Made by a program: the position numbers and the translations under genes
Part shown: positions 12,930-26,226 of the stretch, one piece after another
How positions within the stretch are numbered: the stretch's first letter is position 1
Layout of the letters: each line of letters opens with the position of its first letter
The notes under the pieces: generated by a model
Database searches by the model: none
Seen by the model: the letters and a program-made list of their open reading frames with translations, nothing else
Told to the model about the DNA's origin: nothing
NCBI GenBank assembly: GCA_012295275.1
Contig: CM022672.1
Location: forward strand, 11,718,001-11,782,000
DNA: 64,000 nt
Source: Chrysomallon squamiferum
Taxonomy: Eukaryota; Animalia; Mollusca
Reading direction: 5' to 3'

Positions 12930-15900
12930 TAATGTTGTTGCGTGGATGTTGAAAAATGAAATATTCATCATTATTTTGCATACAAGGTTTTTTGTTTTGG
13001 TTACCTAAGGTTCTTTTGTTATTCGTTATTTTGTCATATTTTTTTTATTTTGTTTTATGGATTTTTTTTGTTTGAATTAGCTTTCTTTTTTATCCATTTC
13101 CTAAATCTCTTTCTGTCTTTCTGTTTCTTTCTTCTTTTTAAAAAAAAAATGTATTTATTTCATTTTATTTTATCTTTTGAGAGAAGAGAGAATAGTTTAA
13201 AAATTAGAAATATTGTCAAACATACTTTACAAAAAAAAAAAATTAATAATAATAATAATAATGATAATAACAATAACAGCTTCAAAAACAACAGTGGTAA
13301 TAATAATTAATATCATCATCATTATTACCTGGAATTTTACTAAAATTTAAAGGATTAAATCTGAAATTTTATAAAGTCTGGATTGGAACCACCAATATGT
13401 GTTTTTTGGTGTTTTTTTAGATGCTACAAGTTGGTTGAACCTGTCATAGTGTGTAATAATAATTTTCAAAAAATCAAAATTCCCATACCTTTCCATTCAC
13501 ATCCATAAAGTTCTACTCTCATGCAGATTGTGCGGGGATGATTGGAGTATGGAATGAAACGAAGTCTCTTGGCAATGATGGGAGGTTGAACATGGCGTAG
13601 TTCCGCAAGGTAGGTGTTGTCATTGGCAGGAAAAATCTGAAAAAATAAAATAAATGAATAATAAACAAATTTTCCTCTTTTTTTTTTTTTTGCATTAATT
13701 TGAATATTAAAATGAATAAATGTTTTTGTCAAATAAACCAAAATTTTGTCTTCTTGCATGAATTTTAATATTAATGTGTCTTAATGAAATGAATGAATGA
13801 ATGTTTAACAACATCCCAGTACAAAAACTATATTGGCTACTGGGTGTCAAACAAAGTTAAATATGACAAAATGGTGGATATTTTCTATATAAAAATTCAA
13901 AATTAGTGTTAAACACAGTGTAAGGAGCTGTCCAAAAAGTATCACAGTTTATTTAAATTATAATTTATTGTATAAATTCTGTAAACTCTCAGAAATTTTA
14001 AAACAAGTTCAGGATGGAGCTGAAATGATTCCATCACATTTATTTGATTTATCCTTCCATATCTGTCTGAGATGATTGCACTCCACCAAAATATGGTGAT
14101 TTTTGTCAGAGTACACTGACAGTGTTCACAATGAGGTGCAATTTTAAGTCTGTGCTGAATAAATGAAACTTTAGTAGAAATATGAATAAATGAAACCAAA
14201 GTACAACAAAAATATTGGTTTGTTTTTGTCAAATAAACCAAAATTTTGTCTTATTGTATGAATTTTAATATTAATTGAAATTTAGAGTGTGTCTCCAGTG
14301 AAAAAAAATGAATCCTTAGCATAAAGAGAAAGTATGTTTGTTTTTGTCAAATAAACAAAACATTTGCCTTCTTACATGAGTTTTAATATAAACTGAAAAA
14401 AATAGAGAGACTGTCTCCACTGAAGAAATGAAACCTTAGCACAAGGAATTTTTATTTTATTTTTTAGACCTACTTTATCAATTTGTGTAGATATGAGAAA
14501 TGGTAAGTGCTACGAACACTAGCTCAGAAAACTCTGGATTAAAATCTTTATACAGAAATATGCTAATGTATTTGTGTACAAAAAACCACATGTTATATTC
14601 TCAGTTGTTCATTATGTCATAATAGTTTTTTTTTTTATCCCAGTTAGATACACATTACTTACACTTTTCTGAAACAAAATAAGTATACCTTTAATCATTT
14701 TATCTTTATTATAAATATCAATAAATAAAAACACACACACAGACAGAAACACACACAACATACAAACACATCATCTCATTCACACATGTCATTTTGTTTC
14801 TTTTATATTTCCTTTTTTATTTTATTTTTTAAATATTTTTGAAAAGGTCATCTTTGTGATGCAGCTGGCCATTACCAAAGACAAAGTAAACAAGTGGACA
14901 TGCAGGTGACCGCACACCAGGCTGACCAGACAGCTTTGACTGACAGGTAAGCAGTAACTAATTGTCATATCAGGTTCAAAAGAAAACAACCTGAGAGACA
15001 GAACAAACAAAATGAACGGAAAATAAACTCAAGCAGTTAAACTGACAGCAGACATGTTGTTGTTTTTTTTCTTCTTTTTTTTTTTCTGCTGCATCAAACA
15101 CCTGGAGAAACTGGACATGCAATCAGCTTGATAATCTGAACTGAGTTACCTCCACTTTACACCTAGTTACCTCCTCTTTACAATATGTATGCCTTACAGA
15201 AAGGTAAGGCAGGGTTCAAGTACGAAGCACTTAGGGTCACTGCAAATATGAAATACTAATTGTTTTTCAAGATGACTTAAAGTATGATGGTAGTGATTAA
15301 TACTAAGTTAGGAAAGAAAGTTACTGTAAAATAGTAAAGCTTGAAAATGCTTTGCAGTGAAAAGGAATTATATGAAATCATAAAATTTAAGATAAATTAA
15401 TTTTATCTGATTTTGTTTTGACCAAGATATAGCAAAGGCACTCACTATATTAAGATACTTTTAACAAAAGTTTAGAATTGTGAAATATAATATCACTAAT
15501 AATTTTTTTTTAAATAAATCAATTGCAACTTGTAATTATTATTCATCTAATAATAAATGTTTAATTAAAAAATATCTATTACAATTGTTTGCACATATAA
15601 TATTAATTAATTTTGTTTCTGTATGTTTTAATGATAGATAAAAAAAATTTTAAAAAAATAAAATAAAAATAAAACAATGCAATATCAGTAAAGTGTAATA
15701 ATCATTTAAAGTTTTAATGTACTTATTTTATTTATTTTAAACAGCTTAAATTCTGTTGCACCTGTAGCATAAAATTTGAAACTATGGTCTCAGTTGTTTC
15801 AATATTGAAGAAAATTTTAAACACAGTTGCCTCCCTTGCACTGGCAATTATAAACAGTTTTCGATTTCTGTTCATTCAGTGGAGTAGTGTGTTGTAGTGC

Positions 15901-18900
15901 TAAACCCCTTTAATGACCGCAGTGGTACATCAACTGAAATGTGCAAAACTTCTGGTTCTGCAATGCCAAGTAGATAACGTATGAATAAAAAAAAAATATG
16001 ACTGCTTGTGAAAGCCTACAGCTTTCAGAAACTCTTTGGTGCAAATGGTCTGAAAATGAAACATGCTAAGAAAACAAGTTTTTGTACAGTTTTACAAGCA
16101 ACTGAAACTTACTGTAAAAAACCTGAGGTTTTGGGGTTTTTTTTAATTATTATTTTTTAAGCTAAATCAGAATTTGTTAGTACTATTTTTTATAATAAAT
16201 TCATAATAAGTACTATTTCAGTAATATATAATTTATAAGTATTGTTTCAATAATATATTCATTATACATATTGTTTCAGTAATATATTCTTTACAAGTAC
16301 CATTTTGAAAATATATTCCTTATAAAGTACCATTTGAATAATAAAGTACACTTCAATAATCTTCTCATATTACATAAATATGTAAATAACAGAGTTTCAA
16401 AAAGAGTTTTGACATTATTTTTGAAAATGTTTCTTTGTAAGGAAAACAATATTAGTTATAAAAACATAAGGGATACCCACATTAAGTATATCCCACCTTT
16501 ATAGGTCTGTATAGCCTGAATAATTAATAACCTAATGAAATGCTGGTAAACTGTTTGAAAATAACTTGGTGCAAAAAGGTTTGTTGTAGTTTTTTTTTTT
16601 TAATGAAATCATCAAATTTCCGTAAAATTTAACTCTGATTATATCAACTTGGTCTTGGCTTACCTGAAATATTTTATTTTCGTTTTTCGCCAATTCAGAG
16701 TCTTTGATGAAGGTTTTATGTTGCCAGACCATCATCGAGGGGGGGCTTTAGCTGTTGAGTCTGAACATGCAATTACAACCGAGTTAGCTTGCTCAAAAGA
16801 TAGACATGTGCCAGAGAATATAATTCTCACACCGTACATTCGTGAGAAGATTTCTCGATGCATGTCTTTGACTCTTCGTTCTCTTTTTATGACAATGTCT
16901 ACACGTTCTGTATCACATTTAATAGCTGTTTGAATTATTGAATTATTTGGTCTACATCTTCTTCTTTTTTTTTTGAAGGGGTGTGTTTTCTAGCTAGAAA
17001 ATTGTGATTTTGATGTAAGCCAGAGAACTAAATTCAAGTAAGGAGTCGTAGGAAAAAAATAAAATAAAATAAATAAAAATTGAGAGAAGAATTTGCTGAG
17101 ATTATGCTTGTTTAAAGACTGGTGTTTATAGTGTTCACTGGCAGCTAAAAATGAAAACGTAAGGATGCTATGTATTTCAAAATATTAAATTGAATATTAT
17201 CTGACATAAACACTTTTTCTTTTTACTTTTTTTAAATTTTGTTTTTGCATCACTGATATAAGATTAATATCTCTAATCATTATTATTTTAAATATAATCT
17301 TGAGGAATTTTGTCAATTTTTATTTTAGTTTACACTAAGATTCTCTTTAACATATATATTATTGTTAAAAAATATTTATTGGAGTACTTTATTAACCTTT
17401 ATTAACAAATGTCAAAATTCCACAACAACAATAATAACAAAGGCAATAAAAACATACAGCTGAACAAAAAAAAAAAAAATTCAAAAACGAAAAAAGAATG
17501 CTACAAAACAAAGAACAAAAAACACATATGTCAAAAATGAGAAAAAAAAAAAGAAAAATAAATTACAAAAAAATTATATCACCAAAAAAAAAAAAAAAGA
17601 CAAGACAAAACTCATACAAATGAAAAAAAAAAAAAAAAAAAAAAAAATAGAATAAATAAATAAAAAAATAAAATAAATTACAAAACAAAAAACAAAACAA
17701 AAATCATATACAATAATTTATGTAAAATGTCTCAAATAAAGCAAATTATAGGTCTGGTAGGACAAAAAAAAAAAGAATCTAAACTTGAGACATGAATTAA
17801 CCTGTGTACACCAAAGTTCCAAAGACAAAAAGTGCAGAGAATGGGACACCATTGATTTACGACTGCAGCGACTGGCCTGATCTTTCAGCGAAGTGGAAAA
17901 GACCTGAGTCAATATTTCTCTCCCTTGCCATGCTCTTCAGCTGAGCTTTGAAAACCTTTAATCCAGACTGATCCCTCCCATTCAGAGCGCTACTAAACAA
18001 CAACACTGTACTTCTGCCCTTCAATTGGAGATTGTTTGCACCACCTTATCAACCTCTTGCAATTGGAGAGCAATAAAAGGGACATTAATCTGACTATAAT
18101 GCCTTCCACTGTCTTGCTGAGGAGAGTCATCAACGATGGAAACTTCTTGGACAAAAAGAACAGCTCGCCTGGAGGATCAAGGCATACTCTTGAAACCATA
18201 GAAACGAAGCTCCAGTTTCTGACAACAGAGCTTAATGTTAATTCTTTTAGCAAATGTTCTCCAGTTTTAGACGTTTTGATTCATTGTTATTTTTCAATGA
18301 AAACACAAAGCGATTTAGAGGTCTCCTATCTTCACTGAACTAAACACTGCTAATGTTATTGTTATCATTAATGAAATAACAATAATAATAAAATAACCAG
18401 AATTATAACAGATAAATAGAAAAATACCTTATACTATTTCAGCCACCACTACTACCATTACAATAACTGCTGCTACTGTACTGCACTGCATTGCACTACT
18501 TCTGCAATTACTGCTATAGCCACAACTACTACTACTAACACCATGACTGCTATTACTGCTACTACCACCATCATGATCATACCACTGCTATCACTGCTAC
18601 TACTACTACTGATACTATTAGTATCATTATCCTTGCAACAACAACTAATACTACTATACCATCATTTCTACCAATACTATCACTACTGAACAACAACAAA
18701 AGAAAACAATAATAATGAAAAAAAGAAAATCACTAGTATAACAGCTAAATACAAAACTATTCCACTACTATAAGACAAACATTAATGTTCATGGTCAGTG
18801 ATATCTCTGTGTGATTTTTTTATCACCAAACTGAAAAATTGACATGCACTTCCACAGTGGAGTTCAAATTGAATTTCAACCCATTAGGCCCAAAGATTTA

Positions 18901-20069
18901 ATTTAAAATCATCACTGTCTAGACAACATGAAATTGTGTGAGCAGTTATTATTTTAAATGATGGCTTGCAAACCTAAACAATATAAATCGGAACACTCTG
19001 AAATATTAATCTTCGTAAGCTGATCAAGTGAAACAAATTTATGACACAAAGTGTAAAGAGGTTTATGTATTGTAATGGTGTATGTATGTGGGTGGCCAGA
19101 GTATGAAAACCCCCTTTTTTTTTTTCTTCTTTAAATAGCTAGTAAAAAGCACACATGAATTATTTTTATAAGTCCAAAAACAGTTTCAATTTTGTATAAA
19201 TCCTTGAAAGTCACAACAACAACAAAAATTAATTTGCAAAAACTGAAATAACTTTGATTTACTGGAAGAAACCAACTTTCATCAAAAGAAGAAAAAAATA
19301 CTTTTTATTTATTTAAATACAGATTCAAAACCATTTTCAAACCAAATTTATGGCATCAGATTTACATACATGTATTTAAGAACCTGATTTATAATGATAG
19401 CAGGAATCATTCTCTGGGTAACTCTTTTTCATTTAGCAGTAAGATTTATTTTATATGCACCTTCCCAAAGAAAGCACAAACCTATTATCACAATTTAGAC
19501 CATTGTACTAACAAAACATTCTTCATGAACAGTTCTACTTAAACAAGAAAGCATGTATAAATATTTTTCCACTGCCAGAACCATACAGAACACTAAATAT
19601 TGTGTACTGGCTGCTATATAAATACACAGATTGTTATTATTATTATTATTATTATTATTTATTATCATTATTATTATTATCATTAGATGGTCAGGAAAAA
19701 CAAATAGTTTTTTTCTTTTGAAACAGATAAAGTGCAACAACCACAGAAAAAAAAATAATAAATACTTTTATAATTCTGAGAACTAGTTAGAATGGGAAAT
19801 ATTCCTTTATTCCATTAAAGAAAAAAAAAAAGTATTTTTTTAATTCTGAAACACTAGGTTATAATGGAATACTTTCTGTCAGAAGAATAGATCCTACCAT
19901 CTAGTGGTCCTCAAATGACTGTGCACAGTGGATCTTTCATTTTTTACAATAAAATGATTGGCTAGAGATACACATTTAGATTAAGATGTTACAGACAGAC
20001 ATCAATAGAAAAACTGAAATCATCTAGTCTGCGGCTGATCTCACCAATCAATAATAAAGAAAAAAAAAT

Positions 20070-20115
<46 letters not shown>

Positions 20116-23100
20116 CTGGTTCAGTTTCTCATCACTGACAGTGAGGACTACATCTAATGATAATATGATGTATAAACTATCTGAAGCTGTCATTTCTACT
20201 AAACTAGATTTCCCATCCGCACTAACTAATACACCATTTAGCAGAAACCACCATTTCTCTTCACAAATTACCAGCTGTAAACCCATTAAGACTGTCCATC
20301 AAACAGAGATGGGTAATGGGAAGGTTATGCCTTAAGTACCTGCTTTCACTTACTGGGACAAAAAAAAAAAAATAATTATTATAATAAAAAAATTTTTTTA
20401 TTATAACTAAGTAATCCATCAATCCAATGACGATGACGACGATGGTGAATCTTTGTAAATGAAAATTTCAATCATAGGTGGCAGCATGCAAACATGTGAA
20501 ATACTCGCCACTAGCTATCGACAGCAAAACTGATTAATACTAGTTAAAAATTGATAACTGTAACATGCTTTAGAATTAAATTTTAAAAATTCAGTTTTTA
20601 TTATTGTTTTTATTTTTTCTTTTTTTTTTTTTTACCAAGCACATTACAATTTATATAATAATAATAATAAAAGTAGAATTATTTGGTTAAATTTAGCCAT
20701 CATTTTTTATTTTTAATAATAACTAAATATTTTTATTCTAATTTTTTTTTTTTTTTTATTGATTTATTTATTTGTTTAAATTTTTTTTTGTAATATATCA
20801 GAAAAAAAGGCTTGGAAATAATTTGATTTCAAATCACTGTTTATGTTGTATCAAATTCAGTTATGTCTATTGTTTATATTTTCACAAAATGTCATACTCA
20901 ATTTTATGAGAAAAAAACAACAACCACAGAATCTGTTATTAGATCAAAGGAAAATTCTCACAGCAGAAAAGGATATAATTATTATTGCTGGTATTATTAT
21001 CATTACTGTTATTGTTAATTATATAATTTGTTTATATGTAATTATTTTATTAATATGCATTATACATCTGCTTAATTGTTTTCCTTTTTATTAATATGCA
21101 TTATACATTTGCTGAATTGTTTTCCTAACATAAACTCTAGAATCAGACATAGCAACTCTGATTTTTTATATCAAAAAAATACCAACAATAAAATGAATAT
21201 TTTAGATTCTCATTGCTATGAACAATACAATTATAAAATAGACATTTCAGTTCTAACTTTCCTTTCCTTGCAGTGTGACAAACACATCAGTAATTACCTC
21301 AATACAAAATAACAGCTTTTACCATTTATTTTTATCAGAACATTAACCACAAGCAAGGATAATAAAAATAAAATAAAAACTGAAATTAGAAAAAAAAACA
21401 CAAAAAAAACACAAAACAACAACAAAATAAAAAAACTAACAAAAACCAAAAAAAAACAAACAAAAAAAGCCTATATATTTTCTTCAGTATTTGATGCCAG
21501 TACGTAAAGTCACATAAACACACTAGGGAAATGATGCTGCTTATTTTCTCGATACGCAGATAGTACAAGCAAAGATTTACTGGCCTGATGCAACTCCCAA
21601 AACACCTTTTGAAAGCAAGCACAGGCTCGGTGCAGTAATGCTGGGAGATGCTTCAAGAAGGTGGTGTTCAATTTGCCGCAAGACTGCGAGAGGACTGCAA
21701 TTACTGGAAGCCCATGGAAAGCCATCAACAGGCCGGGCCGGGCTTCAGTTCTGATTAGACATAGATTGACAAAGAAATTGCAATTTTCTACAAAACACTT
21801 CAGGGCCTTCTGCGAAATCTTGTAGAGAAACAAAAGTCTATTAATGACTACGGCTGACGTCAGGTATGTGCTGCATGGTGCACGGAAAGTCAGCTGTGGG
21901 TGAGTTGGAAGAGAAAGATGAAGAAGAAGAAGAAGAAGAAGACAAAGGAAAAAACATCCAGACAGATGTCTACACAGTGTTCAAACAAATGACATCTTTT
22001 TAAAACATCATTCTGTAACATGCAGAATCCTTATGTAAACATTTAAAATGTGTTTCCGCAGACATGCAAAACTTCTCTTTGTAACACAGAACATATGTCT
22101 GTACCGTTCAGAATATTTTTTTAGAAAAACAGATAGAGCTTATTTCGGTAATAGAAAGAGCATCTTTCTGTAACAGAATTGTGTAACCTGCAAAAGATAT
22201 TTTTTCTAGCATCAAAACATCCTTCTGTAACATAGAAAATTTATTTCTGTAACCATAGAAAACATCTTTCTGTAACAGACAGAAATCTTTCCGTAAACAT
22301 CTTTCAGTAACATGCAAAACATCTTTCTATAACATAAAGACATCATTCCTAGATATTCAGAACATTCAGTGTATATTGCTATAAGATGCATTTCATTTTT
22401 CTAATGTGTGCAAAAGTACATTAGCCATATTTAATACATCTTTCCATAACAGTCATTTGATTATTTTTATTACTACTATTTATTTATTTATTTTATTGTT
22501 ATTTTTATTTTTTTATTTTTTATTTATTTCTTGCATAATGAATAGTTACATAATAATGTCAATATATTTTTAAACATTTTTTTTATTAGGGTTCTAATCA
22601 TTATTTTGTTTTTATAAAGCAAAAATTACTTATGACAGCCTTCCAGTTGCTGAAACTGGATAATGCAACATATTGGACATAAATGTGGTTTCTTTAATTT
22701 CATGTTGTCAAAATATACAATGCGATTGCACAAAATATTTGTTAATAAAATGTCAGCTGTTTAAATATTAAATTATTACATATTAAAAAATACACAGAGA
22801 AAGAAAATAATCCATTTTGAAAATAAACCAAGGATTTAAAAACTCGGATTTAAATGAAATGATCAATATCAGAATGAATGGTATATAAAAAAAGTCACCT
22901 GTCATTTTGCTAAGTGCTATTTAAAAAAAAATAAAAAATAATTAAAATTAATAAGAATGAAATGAAATTTTAAACTGACATGATTTCTGTTCTGACTTTC
23001 CAGACTGGATATTCCAGTTTAATTTCTTTGTTTTGTTGCTTTATGTAGGCAGAAGACTTTTCAAGATTTAATGCTTATATATAAGGGGACTGCAAAAATC

Positions 23101-24522
23101 GTTCAGTTTTGTGGCAATCAGGTTTAGTCAGAGATGGTTTTCAACATATTTCACTGTAATTATCATATTCTTATGACCCTTTTCATAAATAATAATGTTA
23201 TATGTTACACATAAGACTGATGACTCTATATGTTACATATAAACCTAATGATGTTATATGTTACATCTAAGGAGATATTATGTTACATGTAAAACTTGGA
23301 ATGTGTATGTTACATTCAAGATTGGTGATGTTATATGTCACAAATAAAACTGGCAATTCTTTGTTACATATAAACTTGTTATGCTCTATGTTACACATAA
23401 GACTGGAGGTGTTACATGTTACACACGAGAATGGAGGTGTTTTATACTGTAAATAAGAAATGATAAGTTACCTCCACTCCTTTTTTATCACGAAATCTCG
23501 TCCACACGTTAGTGTCCTCTTCTCTCTGGTACTCCAGCAGAAAGGCCTTGGTAAACTCTTGGCCCTGGAAAGACAAATAAACAAATAAATAAATAAATAA
23601 ATAAATACCAGTTAAATTCAGAAAATAATATTTGATAATAATAATTACAAATATTTTGATCAAGAATTTTTATTATTTTAAAAAATCATAAACACTATTT
23701 TTCTCTGCAATTTTCAAATTATTTTCTGTATTAATTTACATCAATATTTTATTTAAAATTCTTCTTCCCATGTGATCTTTATTCCACTACCATCATCATC
23801 ATCATCATCACCACCATTATAACTAAAACATTATTATATTACATCAGAACAGTACAACTAAAATAATATTCTGAATTCTTTCTTCTTCTTTAAAACCAAA
23901 CGAACACATAAGTACAACTGTGAGATACAGTTTGGAGAATATTATCTAATCATTTTCTTAAGAAGTAAAAAAAAAAAGAAAAAATAGAAGTAATTTAATA
24001 TTACACTACAAGAAAACCAAGTGATGAGAGTTTACTTGGATTTGCTGCAGTAAATGGCAGTATTGATTTTCAAGGTCTTTCTAATGAAACAGCAGTATCT
24101 TCAAAATTATCCTGCACATGTTGTAAAAAGAGGGCTTATGGACATGTTTATTTAGGAAAGTGTAGTATTATCTTTACAGCATTCACATTAAAGGACTCCA
24201 TCTCAACAAGCAAGCAAATTAAGTGAGCACTTCAAAACAATGTCTCTGCATTAGAGGTTGCATGCTGCAGTTCTGTACACTAAATTTTATTTGTTAATTT
24301 TCTATTCACAGTTCTGGCCGTCATTCCAGTCATGAAAGCCAATTATTTATTTTTTTTCTTTAACCTTTCTGTAGAAAATTGCTTCATCAGAGACACCAAA
24401 GTTAAACTTTAATTTGCAGCTTTTAATACTGTAAGTGCAGCTTTGAACAGTGAAGATAAAACCTCTGTATGTTTCGTGTTTTTTAGTTTTATCAAAGAAT
24501 GTATGTATACAAATGTGTGTGG

Positions 24523-24573
<51 letters not shown>

Positions 24574-26187
24574 GTAATATATATATTGGTGCAGGGGTAT
24601 GTATGTGTTTGAATGTATGTGTGTATATATTGGTCTATGTGTGTATAAAAATGTCACCAAAAATGATTCCTTTGTACTATCACAATAATCTATTTTTAAT
24701 ATATATTTCTATTCATACACCACTTCTTTAAAAAAAAAAAGCTTTTAAATTACTCAGAACATTCCAGAAACTAAAATCTCATGTCCAGTTTCCTTCAAGA
24801 CATCCTGGTTTTATAACTTAACTATGGAACCCAAATCCTATTTGTAATTTCTTGCTCTGTAAGTTAACCAAGGAGATTATGGATGAGGTCACCTTGTGGT
24901 CACTCAGCTATGGTCTCCTGGTCAAACTTGAAGCAGACCATGGATGGCTTAGCACACACGTAAATCAGAGGCAGGGGGAGAACAGTGTTGATGTTCTCAT
25001 TAGCGATGTGTTACTTTAACATCTGGACAATTATACAGACAATTAGGTAGTAGCTTGAAGACAAGACATGTAATGTATGACTGGGCTGAGCCATGTTGTC
25101 AGCGAAGCTGGCTCCTTAGGCTGTCTTATTAACACTTAGTTTAATAACTGGTAGGTGAAAGGGGTTCAAGTGTTCCAAGAAAAAAAATGAAATAACATTA
25201 CATAGATGGGTAGCCAGATAGAGAGACAGACTGATAAACAATACAGATAGATAGATAGATAGACAGATAGATAGATAGACAGACAGATATATGGAGATAG
25301 ATAGACAGATAGACAGACAGACAGACAGATAGATGGAGAGATAAAATAAGATAAAAGTTATTAAGTTGGATTAATGTGCTGATAAATGCACCAAGCGAAA
25401 TAAAACAAACTTTGGGGTTCAGATAAAATGAAAAGGTGAAACAAGTGTGCTTTAAGAAAAATAAAACTATATTAATCTTGATAATGCACTAAAGGGAAAA
25501 ATGTACACCCTGATAAAAAAATAGAAATAAAAACTCATGTAAATTATTTTAATAAACCAGTTAGTGCAGTGGTTCATGTGTACTAAGAATTTTTTTTTTT
25601 TTTTTTTAACTTTTGCATATGTAATTTTAAAATAAATGCCAAAAGATTTGTGTTTCTGCGAGGAGGTAAGTACAGTACATCATAGAACATCTGTCAATTT
25701 CACTGATAATTAGATGTAAATTAAAAATCAACAACACAGTTATGAAGAAAGATAACTAACAACATCTAAACTTCATCACCTTCATAATTTAATTAGTAAA
25801 CAAAATTAAATTTAAAAAATGACGATAGGACAAATTAATAAAATGGATTAAATTCAAACAAAACAAATAAATAAGTCAGTTTACAATATTAATGGTAACT
25901 GACAAAAAAAAAAAAAATAAATAAAGATGAAAAAAGTGATTAATATTAAGAACTGAATTTTTTTTAAATTCAGCATTAATTTCATAAACTCCATTTAAAC
26001 TAGTCAAGAAGACATTTTAATAAATAATTATTTAAAAAAGAAACACCTGAAAACAGGTTATTAATTAAGAAAATTAAATATTCATAAGATCCACTGAACT
26101 CAGGTTATCATCAAAATTAAAAATAAAATAAACAGTTATAAGAACATTAATAATATAATGAATAATGGATAATAATAATAATAATAA

Positions 26188-26226
<39 letters not shown>

